From: the human T2T-CHM13v2.0 reference genome, Homo sapiens
Assembly (NCBI RefSeq): GCF_009914755.1
Contig: NC_060932.1
DNA: 64,000 bases
Reading direction: 5' to 3' (one strand)
Below are positions 30,067-43,826 of the stretch, in pieces. Made by a program: the position numbers and the translations under genes. A model generated the notes under the pieces. It was given only the letters and a program-made list of their open reading frames with translations. It made no database searches and was not told the origin of the DNA. Numbering within the stretch: position 1 is the stretch's first letter; every line of letters starts with the position of its first letter.

Positions 30067-30578
30067 TGTTACAGAGAAGGGGTCCCAATCCAGACCCCAA
30101 GAGAGGGTTCTTGGATCTCATACAAGAAGCAATTCAGGGCAAGTCCACAATGTAAAGTAAAAGCAAGTTTATTGAGAAAGTAAAGTGGTGAAAGGACAGC
30201 TACTCCATAGTCAGAGTAGAACGTTCCAGAAAGTACGAGGAGGAACGCGTCCACCCTAGGTACAATGCCTGTATATATGGGGAGATGTGCTCTGCTACAA
30301 GGGTTTGTGATAAAGGATTAATTTTCTTAATTACTGTATTTTGCAAGAATTGATATTATCTTTAAAGCAAAATTAGGAATGCCTTTGTTCTCCAGATATC
30401 GGGATATCTGGACACTCCCAAGTCTGGGTCTGTGTAGTAAACACTATTTGTTCCCCTAACCGTAAACATCCAGAGGCTAGGAATGCCTAATTTTCTGAGC
30501 ATGCAGCCCAACAAATCTCAGCCTCATTTTCCAGCCCTCACTCAAAATGGAGTTGCTCTGGTTCAAATGCCTCTGACG
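30067..30578 (-). mobile_element. MER41-family (C/D/E-like) ERV1 solo LTR
   Basis: Termini AAGGGGTCCCAATCCAGACCCCAAGAGAGGGTTCTTGGATCTC and GGAGTTGCTCTGGTTCAAATGCCTCTGAC. Flanked by TTAA/CTAA (4-bp TSD, 1 mismatch). Confidence 0.9.
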
Positions 30579-30949
30579 CTAACAGCAATCTTACTACGTC
30601 TCCCTATAGATACTTGATTTTTCCATTCATCTTCATGACTATTTCATGCCTTCTGCATCCTCAGATTGGAAAGTTCTCCTCTTTCCACCTTCATCAGATG
30701 GCCTTTCTATTTCCCTGAGAAAATAAGCAAAAGATAATTTCTCCTTGCTCCCCTCACCTCACCTACAACTTGGCTGCAGCTGTACATATGGTCTGCTTTC
30801 CCTTCAGTTATTGTGAATGTACTGGGGTCTCATCAAGACATTCAAATTCTCTTATTACAAGAAATAGCCCCTCAGAAGGCAGAAGATACCGTTAAGATAC
30901 TGCCCAGTGGTAAGGACCTAGGTCAATAAAGACCAATCCATTGTAAGAA

Positions 30950-31660
30950 ATAATACAGAGAAATATCCTATAACCTTCTTGTTCAGTTCTCTCTAATGTT
31001 AAAACTGTTATAGTTCACTATCATAATAGGAGAACTAACATTTATGCAATCCACAAACATTATTCGGATTTTACCAGTTTTATATGCACTCATGTTGGTG
31101 TATTGCACACTCACATGTGTGTGGGTAGTGTATTGAGTTAAACGCAATTTGATCACAGGTGTAAATTTCTATGACCACCCCCACAGTAAAGACACAGGAC
31201 ACCTTCACCACAAGAATTCTTCATGCTACTCCTTTATAGACACAGTCACCTCTCTCCCTTCCCTAATCCCTATGATGTTCTTCATTTCTATAATGTAGTC
31301 ATTTCAAGAGTGCTACATAAATGGAATCATATTGTATGTAACTATTCCGAATTGGCTTTTTGTACTCGGAATAAATCCTTTGAGACCCATCCAAGTTGTT
31401 GCGTGAGCAATGTGTTCCTTTACGTTGCAGATTAGTATTCCATGACATGAATGATTCAGTTTGTTTAACCATTCACCCATTGGATGACATTTTAATTATT
31501 TGCAGTTCAGAGTTATTACAAATACAACTGCTATAAACATTCATGTATAGGCTTTTGTGTGAGCATAAATTTTCATTTTTGTGAGATAAATGAAAGGATG
31601 CTATTGCCAAGACTTATGGTAAACCCATGTTCAGCTTTATAATAAACTTCTGACTTGTTT
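30950..31660 (-). mobile_element. Old L1MC/MD 3' end
   Basis: AAATGGAATCATA, AGTATTCCATGA, TTAACCATTCACCCATTG, CTGCTATAAACATTCATGTA. Confidence 0.75.
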
Positions 31661-33829
31661 TTGACTCAAATTTGTTTACACAAATATTAAGGGAATACCT
31701 ATTTAATATCAAGAACTATGCTAATACCTAAGAAAAAGTATAACATAACAGATACTGTCCTTGTTCTTACAAACTAGAGGAGAAGATTGTAAAAAAATCA
31801 AATAAATGTAATAACATTTTTTATGAAGGAATATCTCTGTGTCTGGATGGGAGAGGACTTCTCAAATCTAAGGGTCAGGGAAAGATTTCATGAGGCATTT
31901 AAGCCTGTGCATAGACTATCATTCTTGCTTCTTCTCTAGAATTGCTTTGAAATATCCCTTCTGAGAGGTCCTATGTAGATTTCATTGCCCAACTCAACTC
32001 TGGCTTCTAATGTGACCACTGTGTCTAACTCTGGTTTAATTCATATGAAAAATGAGGATGGAAATAGAACATCTTCTCAAGGTTTCTATAAGAATTAAAT
32101 AAAGAGTAGATTTAAAAATCTTTATCAAGTACCTGGTTTAGAGAAATGTAATTCTTATTACTATTATATGGCTTTTCATTAACCCAACTCCTGTAAAAAA
32201 TTATCTCTGCCAAAGATAGCCTTGTGGGATGATGTTTAGCTTTCATTAAGGGATCTTGCATGTTTTTTCTCTGGTGATAGCAGAAGTGGGTTTTCTGTGT
32301 TATTTTCCAAAGCAAAGGTTAATAACAGTGAACAAGAACCCAGGGCACAAGGCCCAGCAACACACCCCCATGTATATGTGCCCATAGTTCCCAACTTTGG
32401 AAGACTGGGATTTAGTTTATCGAAAGAGAATATATTATACCTCCCTACTTTTTCTTTCCCAGACACAATCCAAAATTTTATGTTTCTTCTTAAAATGTTA
32501 TCTATCTACCATAGCAAGTTTAGTTGTTGCTTCATTAAGGTTTCCCTTGAAGATAACCCTACAGTGTTCTACAATAAACTGCAGAAATGACTGACTTCTC
32601 CACTAAAGAATGAACTCCTGAGAAGCATAGGTCTGCCCTCATGTGTGCTCTCTCTCTCTTTTTATCTAGTATCTCTACATTGAATCTGCTGTGTCAATTG
32701 ATTTTCTTTATCAATTGATGTCCCATATCAATTAGCGTACAGGGCCTACCATTAAATAGGTAACCAAGCAATGTTTGCTGAGTTGATGCGAAAACACAGT
32801 GACACCTATATGCTTCCAATGCAATCTTCCTAAACACAAATTTTAAAACCTTAAATGACTTTCTCCACAGAACTCAGAAGAGGGTAGAATATATGCTAAA
32901 AATCAACCTGAGTTCAAAACCATACTATCAGTTATTTGTTTGAGCTAACCATCTTGAAAAAGTCATTTTACATCTTTGAGCTTTAGGTTCCCCAACTTTA
33001 ATTTTTTAAAAAAACAAAGTTAACAATATTAATATTAGCTCATGGTTATTCATCTTCTACTCTATGCTGAGATTTATATGCATTACTTCATTTAATTTCC
33101 TCAACAACTCTACGAGGTAACTGTTTTTTAAAACTGTCATTTCCCAGTTGAGGGTAATGAGGTTTAGAGATGATAAACAGGTTTCCCAGTGTCATACTCT
33201 CTATAATGAGAAGAGGAGTGATTGAGCCCATCCATTTTCAATCCAGAGCACACATTTATCTCATAGCATTATTGGGAGGACTAAGTGGGACATGTCATAT
33301 AAAATCCATGACCTGAAAAATGCTTTAAAATTTTGTTTTTATTCAGTGCACAGATCTAAACTAACAGCAATTACACAATATCAAATTTTCCACTAATTTC
33401 TCTGTCTTGTTCATTAAGCAGCATATTTGTATGTATATTTGTATGAACTGGAATATGGTGGATGCTCTATTAAGATAAGTTATTTTTCTCTGCTGTTTAA
33501 CTCCAGTTCTCTTAATACAACATGTGCAGCAGCAAGAATCTGATTGTGCATACAGAAGCCAAACACATGTGAAGCAGTCCTTTGTTAATTGACTTATTAG
33601 TCTTATTAGTTATTCAGGGAAAGTGTTAACTGGATTCTAGATAAATCTTTCAGATGGTTCTTCCCTCAGATTCTCACATAATTTAATACAACTTAGTAAA
33701 AGATCTATTGAAAAAACTCATCATAGTCAAAAAGCACTGTTATTTAGGCACTATCATAGTTGCTGAAGGAAACAGAAATTGGTACAACGTTTTGGGAGAA
33801 AACTGGCACAAACAGGAAGGGACGGCTAA

Positions 33830-35330
33830 GGTAGAGTTATAAACTGCCTAGCTGAGTGTTGAAGATGTACTCCAACAAACACATAGAGACTATCTGCAAA
33901 GAATGGGAGACTTATTAATTGCAGGCATCAAAATAAATATCAATTCAATAATTAGCTGACCAGTAAGCTAACTAAGCAGAGACATCAATGACCATACATG
34001 ACAAAGAAAAGGTTTTACAGAATTAGTAAGAAAAGTTACCAAAGAGAAAACAACAGCAAACTGTAATAATAACAAACCATGGGGAGGTGGAGGAATCTGA
34101 ATTCCAGAGTTGTCTCATTATATTGTCAATAGAAACTGTCCCTGAGGAAGCCCAGATAGTAAACTTACTAGAAAAATACTTTAAATAGTTATTTAAACTG
34201 TGTCCAAAAACTACAGTAAAGTCATGTCCAAAAAACTAAAAAGGTTTGTGAGAACAATGATTCCCAGAGACTATCAATGGAGAGACAGAAAACTTTCAAA
34301 AAGTAATTATAGAGTTGAAAAGTACGATAACTGAAATAAAAAAAAATCACTAGAGGGACTCATAAAAGTACATATGAGAAGGCAGAAGAAATGACAAACT
34401 TGAAAATAGGTCAATCGAGATTATGTAGTGTGAGAAAAGAAATAAAAAATAAAGAAAATTGAACAAAGTCTCAGAGACCTGGGGGGACACCATCAAGCAC
34501 ATCAACATATGAGTAATGGAGGTCCTAGCAGGAGAGGAGGGATGGAAAAGGGCAGAGAGAATATTTGAAGAAATAAGGTCAGAAACTTCCAACATTTGAT
34601 TTCTAAAAAGATTAACCTACACATCCAAGAAACTTATGGACTCCAAGTAGAATGAAATCAAAGAGGACCACACTTAGACACATCATAATCACTAAACGAC
34701 AAGGACAAAGAAGGCATCTTGAAAGTAGAAAAAGATAAGTAACTCATCATGTACAAGACATCCTCAATTAGATGAGCAGACAATTTTATCAGAAAACACA
34801 GAGGCCAGTGGAAAAGAGATATTACTCCAAATTCGGAAAGAGACATCAACCAAGAATTCTATATTCAGCAAAACTATCCTTCAAAAATGAAGGAGAGCGT
34901 TGCTTCAGTGGCTCATGCCTATAATCTCAACAATTTGGGATGCCAAGGTGAGAAAATTGCTTGAGTTCAGGAGTTTGAGATGAGCCTGGGCAACATAGTG
35001 AGACCCCATCTCTACGAAAAATAAAAATAAAAAATTAGCCTGACATCATGGCAGTTACTCTGTAACCATAGCATCAGTTACTCTGGAAACTGAGGTAGAA
35101 GGATCGCTTGAGTCCAGTAGTTCAAGCCTTCAGTAAGCTATGATCACACCACTGTACTCTAGTCTGGGCTACAGAAAAAATTCTGTCTCAAAAAAAAAAA
35201 AAAAAAAAAAAAGAGGAAGACAATTTAAGGCAGCCCCACATAAGCAAAAACTGACAAAAGTGCTAACAGGCCTCTCTTACAAAAATACTGAAGTGATTTA
35301 TTCAGGCTGAAAAGAAAAGACAATAGAGAA
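33830..35330 (+). mobile_element. Old L1M (L1M4-like) 5'/ORF1 region, interrupted by AluJ
   Basis: ORF1-like motifs (CAACCAAGAATTCTATATTCAGCAAAACTATCCTTCAAAAATGAAGGAG = QPRILY.AKLSFKNEG). Similar to 44850-46100. Confidence 0.75.
34898..35212 (+). mobile_element. AluJ (Jo-like)
   Basis: Diverged dimer with TTGCTTGAG..CAGGAGTTTGAGA, GGGCAACATAGTGAGACCCC and polyA. Confidence 0.88.
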
Positions 35331-35354
35331 ATTATAACTCTCATCTCTTATAAG

Positions 35355-36272
35355 TGGAAAGGTAAAATGGTGCTGCTACCTTTCAAAAAATGTTTGGCAG
35401 TGCTTCAATAAGTTAAACATAGAATTATCGTGTAACCCAGGAATTCCACTCTTGTGTGAATAACCAAAAGAATTAAAAATAAGTTTTTTTAAATCTATAT
35501 ATACAAATGTTTATAGTAATACTATTCTAAATAGTCAAAGGTGGAAATAACCTAAATATCCATTGACTGATAATTTCAAAGGATAAGACAAACCAAACCA
35601 TATATATATACATTACATATTTTATATATAAATGGTTACAGCAACCATTTTGCTTCACTGAAACATTTATTAATATATATTTTGTATATATTTGATTATG
35701 TTAGCAATATGATTTACTTTCCAAATGGTAGGATTTTACCACTGAATACATTTATATATCATATATCCATGCAATGGAATATTATTCAGCCATAGAAAGA
35801 AACGAAATACTCATTCATGCTGTACCATGAATTAACCTTGAAAATATGCTATATGAAAGATGCCAGACGCAAAGTGTCGCATGTTGTATGATACCATTTA
35901 TATGTCCAGATTAGGCAAATCCATAGAAACAGAAAGTATATTAGTGGTTTCCCTGACGTGGGTGCAGGAAAATAAGGAGTGACTGCTAATGCGTACATTT
36001 TTATTTTATTTTATTTTATTTTATTTTATTTTATTTTATTTTATTTTATTTTATTTTTACCCCATAAATACATAAACCTACCAGGTATCCCATGCCTGTT
36101 TTGATACAGGCATGCAATGTAAAATAAGCACATCATGGAGGAGTATGTGGTTTCTTTCGAGGGTAATGAAATCACCATATAAGTGGTGATGACTGCACAA
36201 CTATTAAGATCACTGAATTGTACACTTGAAAAGAGTGAATCTCATGATATCTAATTATATCTCAGATTTAAA
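35355..36272 (+). mobile_element. L1MB-like 3' end, with two internal insertions
   Basis: AATGGAATATTATTCAGCCATA, TGTCCAGATTAGGCAAATCCATAGA, CACTGAATTGTACACTT. Confidence 0.8.
35998..36140 (-). mobile_element. Very short L1MA1/2 3'-end insertion with (TTTTA)n tail and internal micro-inversion
   Basis: (TTTTA)~12, then TTTTGATACAGGCATGCAATGTAAAATAAGCACATCATGGAG, the reverse complement of sequence at ~54825-54868. Confidence 0.8.
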
Positions 36273-36533
36273 AATGATAGTTTTCATCACAAAGGGAAGG
36301 AGGCAATTAGTTTAATAAACCATGTTCCAATTCTACAATGGCATGCTATATAGCCCCTTAAGGGATAGAGAGAACTTGAATATGAGACCATGAGAGAAAA
36401 GGTCACTCTAAGCAGAAGAAACAGTTTTAAAAAAGGCACAAGAGCTAGGAAGCCCAACGTAGGCTTGGAGAATGTTCTGAACATCATGCTAAAAAGTTAG
36501 AAAATAGTCTGAGTGCTTGGTTCAGAGAAGTGT

Positions 36534-36928
36534 TGTGTTAGTCCATTCTTACTTTGCTGTAAAGAAATACCTGAGACTGGGTAATTCAAACGGAAAAGAG
36601 GTTTAATTGGCTTATGGTTCTGCAGGTTGTGCAGGAAGCATAGCCCTGGCATTTGCTCAGCTCCTGAGCTTTTACTCATGGTGGAAGGTGAAGCAGGAGC
36701 AGGCACATCACACGGCAAAAGCAGGAGCAAGAGAGAAGGAGGTGGTGGGGGTGCCACACTTTACCACAACCAGATCTCGAGAGCACACATTCACTACCCT
36801 GAGGATAGCACCAAGCCATGAAGGATCCATTCCCATGACATAAACTCCTCCTACGAGGCCCCATCTCCCACACTGGTGATTGCAATTCAACATGAGATTT
36901 GGTGGGAACACATATTCAAATCATACCA
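36534..36928 (-). mobile_element. MSTB-like MaLR solo LTR
   Basis: TGTGTTAGTCCATT...AAAGAAATACCTGAGACTGGGTAAT...CAACATGAGATTTGG. TSD AGTGT/AGTGG. Confidence 0.9.
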
Positions 36929-38574
36929 AGTGGTATATTTGGGGCTAATTAAGCAATCTTGCATAAGTGAAATGTGAAGCTTAAACTCTTCATTCTCCTT
37001 CCACCAAATCACTGTGTTCAACCATTCTTTGTTGAAAATTCATTTTTTTCCAACTAAATTTTCAGTCACTGTGGTTAACTTATTAACTCCTAAGTGCAGT
37101 TGAAAACTCTAGTCTCACATTGGATTCAGATCTTCACCCCTTGCTATTCTCAGTCATATTTTGCCTCCTGGACTTGAAGTAGGGGCAAGGCATACAGGTT
37201 CTATTCTTTCCGTCCTTCTGTCACCTCTTCCAATTTGGTACAGATAGAAACAGCAGGAGAGATGAAAGGAGTGTTGGTTTGGGAACACTTTCTCCTCTTC
37301 TTTCCTCTTCTATATCTGTCTCTAGTGTTGAGGAAAGAAGAGAATAATGGAAAATATAGTAGAGGTTGAATTTACCACACTGTCTGATGTTGATTATACC
37401 CTAGTGTCATTCCAGCCTGTGATGGTCAATAATTTGATGATCTCCATCTAGATTGTGTGCCTGACTTGCTTGGGATGGTACTTATGAATTGTCCTAGCCA
37501 GTAAATCACACCTAACGGCCTCATTAGGGAAGGGGGCACCCTTTCCCTTGGCAGCCACCTGGGCTATTACAAGGGTCCTGCCAATTCCTTATCCTCCCTG
37601 TTCCTCTGTGTGGACCCAAAGGAATCACCAAGTTCTTCTTCTAATGACATCTGTAGCCATGTAAATGAGATCAGGTGATATGTAAACCAGATCAGGAGAC
37701 AGGTAAGCCCACTTCTTCAAAAGCACCCTATTTCATGGTCCTTTCTCACTCTCCTGGTGCCCAAGGGCCCTGCAACCATCACTTCCACCTTCAGAAATAT
37801 CCAGTCTCTGAGTTAACATACGTGCCCATACTCCAGGCTCCCCACAGAACAGTGCTAACTGCAGTTGAGAGCATCGGGATGGGGATGCAGCTCTTTGCAG
37901 ATTAACAAACAGCCATACAGAAAGCAAGGTGCCCACCTTTCCTTCATGCAGAAAGCTCTGAGGAATCCTTTGGAGGATCCTTTCTCTCTACTTTAGAGTG
38001 GGAGTAAAGCACCCCTGCTGATGAGAGGAAAAGAAACAACACTACACCACAAAGCCAATATCTCAGGACACTGAGTCACTCCAGACCCCATAACTGGGCT
38101 GAGAAGGAGCAGGGGATGATGTTCAGATTGTGGCTGGCATTAGCAGTGCTGCTCCTATCATATCTTAGCAAACCTGCAGGAGATACTTGATTCCTCCTAA
38201 CTTAGAATCTTAGTCATAAATCCCAGGGTAAGAGGATAAGTTTCAATATCCCACTACACTAGGGTCTAGATTTCAAGAAGATAATTTTGGTGACTATGTG
38301 AAATATTTTAAAAATACAGCTACAGCAGTGAAGCATGCAGTGCAGGCAAGATGTTCTTGAATGACTACAGCAAGAACAGTAGAAATGGATGTGCTGAGTT
38401 ACATGCATCTCTCTGGATCTTCCACTATAGAGCAAGTGATCTGATTTAGATGGATTCAAAAACTCTAAAACATGCTCTTAAATTATGGGGTGGTCTGAGT
38501 TGGTCCATTTGCTCTCTTCATATAGAATGCCTAAACAGGATATTTTCTGTAGTTTTCAAAATATTGGGGAAATC

Positions 38575-39415
38575 ATTAATAGTTATTTTAAGATGATAGT
38601 TCTATCTTTAAATTTTTGAGAAGGCTTTATACTTTTTCATAATGGCTATACCATTTTACACTCCCACTAACAATGTACAGTGGTTCTCTTTTCTCCATAC
38701 CCTCATCAACACGTTATCTCTTGTAATTTTGATAATAGCCAACCCAAAACGTGTGAGGTGATATCTAATTGTGGCTTGAATTTGAATTTCTATGAAAATT
38801 AGTGATGTTGAGCACATTTTAATATACCTCTTGGTCATTGTACATCTTCTTTGAAGAAATGTCTATTCAGGTCTTTCACCCATTTTTTAAATAAGGTTAT
38901 TTGTTTTCCTGTTGTTCAATTGTTTGAATTCCTTACATATTTTGGATATAAACTATTTATCAAATGTATGGTTTACAGATATTTTCTCCCATTTTGTAAG
39001 TTGCCTCTTCACTCTATTGATTGTTTATTTACTATGTAGAAACCTTCTAGTTTGATGATAACCTATTTGTCTATCACTGCTGTTTTGCCTGTGCTTTAGG
39101 GATCGTATCCAAATAATAATAATTTTCCATACCAATGTCCTGACTAGTTTCTGTATGTTTTCTTCTAGTATTTCTATAAGTTTTAGGTCTTACTTTAATA
39201 CGTTTTTGGGCTTTTTTTTTTTTTTTTTTTTTTTTTGCCTGTGGATATCCAGTTTTCCCATGAACATGTATTAAAAAATCTATCCTATAGCTTTCCCCAT
39301 TGTGTGTTCTTGGCATCTTTGTCAAAGGCCAATTGACTACAAATGTATAAATGTATTTCTAGACTCTCTTTTTGTTCCATTTGGTCTACGTGGCTGCAGT
39401 TTTCTCTGTGGGTTC
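38575..39415 (-). mobile_element. L1MA-type ORF2 3' fragment
   Basis: Antisense ORF 38656-38838 (KMCSTSLIFIEIQI..TIRYHLT) is L1 ORF2 C-terminal. Confidence 0.85.
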
Positions 39416-40196
39416 TTCCATCAATACACTCTGTATCGTTATCCAAAACTGTGTTATTTCTCACATGGTAAAATTTCCACCTTCATCCATTCTCTTAACT
39501 GGTTTATTTTATACATTTTCTTTATACTTTGATATACTTTATTTATTTTTTTCTATGCTTCCAGATTTTTTAATCTTAAAGTATATTAGGAGGAACAGGA
39601 AATAAATACATTTTTGAGATCTGCCATCTTGAACCAGCAGTAGTTTTTGGTGTTTTGCTTGGTTGATTGGTTGGGTTTTTTTTATTTGTTTGTTTGTTTG
39701 GGGCTCTTAAAAATTATTTCTTGTCTATATTTCTAATTGATTAATAATAAAATAGGGCATTAAAAATCAAAACTAACAACAAAATCCATCACATTTCTCC
39801 ATGCACTAAAAATGTTCCTCTACCTATGTGTCCTTTGTATCCATCCCTCAGTGGTTCTTATCCTGGATAAACTTAAAAGTATTTGGAGAGAGAAAAAACA
39901 CCGAGAAATACAATGTAGTAGTCCTGTGATTGAGATTGTACCCAGGGTTAGGGACTCACAAGAGCAGATAGAGATAAGAGTCAGCTTTCAGAAGGTGAGG
40001 GCTGGAGCACAGTCTGAAGGGAGCCCAGAGCTGAGACCAACAAATATAGGGGAAGAGGGTCTTGGCAGAGAGGGGCATGAAAGAGTGTTGTGTGGCTGTT
40101 GATCCACCCATCGTTATGTCCTGTTGTTTCTCCTTCCAACATGCCTTTTCAGTCCTTTTATTCTCCATTCACAGCACCAGTGTGGGGTAGGCTGAT

Positions 40197-40390
40197 AGAC
40201 CTCATCTACTAAAAAAGAATATTCAGGCATGCTGACTTGGACCAGTGGTCCTAGCTACTTGGGAGGTTTAGGCAGGAGGACCACATTAGCCCAAGAGTTC
40301 AAAGCTACAGTGAGCTATAATGGGACCACTATACTCCAGCCTGGGTGATAGAGCAAGACTCTGTCTCAAATAAATAAATAAATAAATATA
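40197..40390 (+). mobile_element. 5'-truncated AluJ (right arm) with (AAAT)n tail
   Basis: CTAGCTACTTGGGAGG...CTCCAGCCTGGGTGATAGAGCAAGACTCTGTCTC. Confidence 0.85.
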
Positions 40391-40479
40391 ATTTTTAAAA
40401 AGAAAGGATGAGGATGAGTGGTAAAGATAACACTTGAATAAAATCTTGAAAGACATGTTGAGGTCATACTAGCAATATT

Positions 40480-40700
40480 AATACTAACACTCATTTCTAG
40501 TGCTAATTGTGGGCCAAAAATAGTTCTATAATCTCTGCATGGCCTAACTCATTTATTCCTCACAAACCCTATGAGGTAGATAATACCATTATATCCAACT
40601 CACAGATGAAGAAATGGAGGAACAGAAAGGCTAACTCATGCCCCATAATTAGTAAGCAGTAGATCTGGGATACAAAACCTGCACAATAGCTCCAGCATCC
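40480..40700 (-). mobile_element. MIR
   Basis: CTCATTTATTCCTCACAAACCCTATGAGGTAG...ACAGATGAAGAAATGGAGG. Confidence 0.8.
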
Positions 40701-43700
40701 ACATGTTTACACACCATACAGGCTGTGGTATGATCAGAGAGGAATAACCAGCCAGAATGGATGATAGAGAAGAATGGTTGAAACAAAGAAAAGATGTAAT
40801 AGGAGATATGTAAACAGTGTAGGACCGGGTCATTCACAGTCTTGACTATACGTACTTGTATGTATGCTTCTATGCGTAATGACATCAGGCCATTAACATA
40901 TTTGCTTAAGTACTAGTTGCCTTACTGAATTGCAGGTTTAGGACAGGCAAAGATTATGTCTTATTCACATCATTATTTTCCATCACATTTCTCACATTGC
41001 ATTGTACGTAACGTGTGTTTGACAAACAAAAAACAAGTACGTGTTCCATCAACTAACCACAGTGAATATACTCCGCTAAGGCACAATATGTATACCTTTA
41101 TTCCCATATATAAGCATCTTACCTGCTAACTTTTATCTGTTTTCTCGATCAAATTATAAACCTCTGCATCTTAGCATTCTGAAAAGCTGACCTAGTAAGT
41201 GCTCTATAGTCAGTCCTCAATATATTGTTTTCAACAATTATAAATTAATCATAATGCAACAAAACTTCAAAACAAATGAGCAGGGAGAGGAAAACCAAAC
41301 GATGGCTAAAGAATTCCCAAGTAGGGCTATGTGACCTTGCAAAAATTGCTTTGCTTCTCTGGGACTCAGTTTCTCATCTAATAAAATGAGATTGTTCTAA
41401 CAGGAATCTCAGTCTTAAGATCCTATCATTAAAGATCACAAGTTTATTTTTTAATCTTTAAAATTTTAGAAAAAGAATAAGAGCCCAAGAAGGAATCAGG
41501 ACTAGCTTTATCAAAAATATAAACCATCATATTATTAGTACACAGATATCAAAAGACAAAACTGGTTTCCATGAGAAACCACCCTCTCTTGCCACTGCTT
41601 AGTGAAGACACAAGAGCACTGGAGTACCAGAGGCAGCTATTACAGGTTATTAACTTCTTTCCAGTTAAGGGCATACATTTAATTTGCATTACTGAATATG
41701 CATGAGCAGCTTTCAGCTGAAAAAGAATTTTGGCAGTTGTGACAAGGCCTTCACCAAAACTATGACATGAGTGTTAAGTGATGAGGAAGTAGAGTTTCCT
41801 CTTTCAACAGGAAGGTTGAAGATCTGGCAAGCTTTCCTGTTGGCTCTGTGGGCGAGTGTCTCACTTTCTAACAACCACGTAAAACAAAATCAGTTCAGAC
41901 TGCCTTCTGTTGGCATAGGGCTCATGGGGACATGGCTAACAACTTCTGCTTCATATGGTAGTGGAAAGAACACCAAATTGAAGGCTGAAGACCACGGTTC
42001 AGATCACAGATTGGTCGTTAATCATCTGACTCATTGAGCAAGCCACTGAGCATTTTGGAGCCAAAATTTCACAGTATGAAACAGGGACTATGATGTCAAC
42101 TCAGCATTGTTTGAGAAAAAGATGATACTATAATTATGACAGCACTTTGAAGGCTCTGAAGGATTATCAAATCTAATGGATTTTTACTAATATACAAATA
42201 TGAGACTGTATTATTACTCACCTCCAGAATATACTGGAATGAAAACAATGTTATTTATTACACATTAAAAAAATGAGTTAGATTGGTATGGAAAGTAAAA
42301 TGTGACCCACAATAAACAGTTTGCAAGTGTTGAGGCAGCACAAATTCCTTACCAGCTGCAGGTAAAAATGCAGATCATTCCCAGTTATTTAAATGCCAAA
42401 CCATGTCACAAGGGTCTCTGCAAAGCCAACCATGGTTTCTTGTTAATATCACTAAACATTAAGAGTCTCAAAACCATCCTAGGCCACACATGACATCATA
42501 TTCACTTGTAATGACATAGGAGAGGAATCAGAGCTTGCTATCAGTACAGCACCAGGCATTTTTTTTTTTTTCTGCACAGGGAGCTATCTCTTTGACACCC
42601 ATGATGATACAAATGCCAGGGGACAAGATGCACATTAAGTAGGTATAGGGGCTTTGGTTTAAACATTTTATGCCTCATGGGAGCCAGTATCAGACAACAA
42701 TTCCATAGGCACAGCTTCCTGGGTCATCAGAGAGATGTGTCCAGTTACAAGAAGCACTGCACTGAGGGAAAATCCAAGCCATGGAATGTTAATCAGGTGT
42801 GTGCAGATTACCACTCATGGGGTTATGATGAGAAACATTGCCTAATAACATAGCTGACATTTTTATTCTTATTGAATACAGCGCAACTCAACAACATAAC
42901 TAGGTGGACATCAAATTGTCATGCAGTAAGGGAAAGTCTTTTGTTAACCCTTTATCCATGGTTATTTAGGACAGCAGTGTTTATTAGCAGGAATGCATTG
43001 TTCAAGTCCACATCACTTCATCCTTGAACGACTGTCAAGCCTTGGAATGTGTCTTACTCTTTCACTCATACCCCATCCTCCAAAAGCCGGCAGAGTGATT
43101 ACTCCAAAACAAAGCCAATTATGTCATTCCTCTGGTTAAAACTCTTCAAAGGTAGCTAAACTTTTTGGATACAGAAGCACTTTCAGCATGGCAGAATAAG
43201 GACATCTGAAAATACATTCCTTCATAAAGGCAATAATAGCACTAACAAAAAAAGGTCAACATCAACGTTTGCAGAAGCCTAGAAATTGACCAAAGCCTTG
43301 CAACAATTCGATGAATGTTTATTCATGAAAAACTGCTGAATCCTGTTAAGAATAGAGAGCTTTATAAATTTTAACTTGCCCTATTTTCATCACTTTCTTC
43401 CAAGCTCCACAGTAACCTTGAAAACTAAGAGACTCACACCATGGGAGCTGTGAAAACCAACAGATTAGGAGCCACTGGAGGAGGCAAAATTGGCTTGAAG
43501 CTCAAGATAAAGCCCTATTCCCAGAAAATTGTCACTATTTGACGTATCTGGGAAAGATCTGAAAAAGCCTCATTAGCAGGGCTTATCTTTATTTGATCTG
43601 ACTCAGAGCTCACCCAGTAGAAAAGAACCTACTCTGATGGTATTTGTTGAAAATAATCAGAGGCAATCGTTTAACATTACAGCTTCCTGAAGCAGCATAA

Positions 43701-43826
43701 CCAGTTGGAGCAAGCATGAGAATGGACAAAATCCTTAAAATAAAAATCTGGAAACTGAAAACTTCATAGGGACTTTGAAAAGCTCCAATATATTTCTGGC
43801 CACTTCCATATGCAGATTCCTAATCT

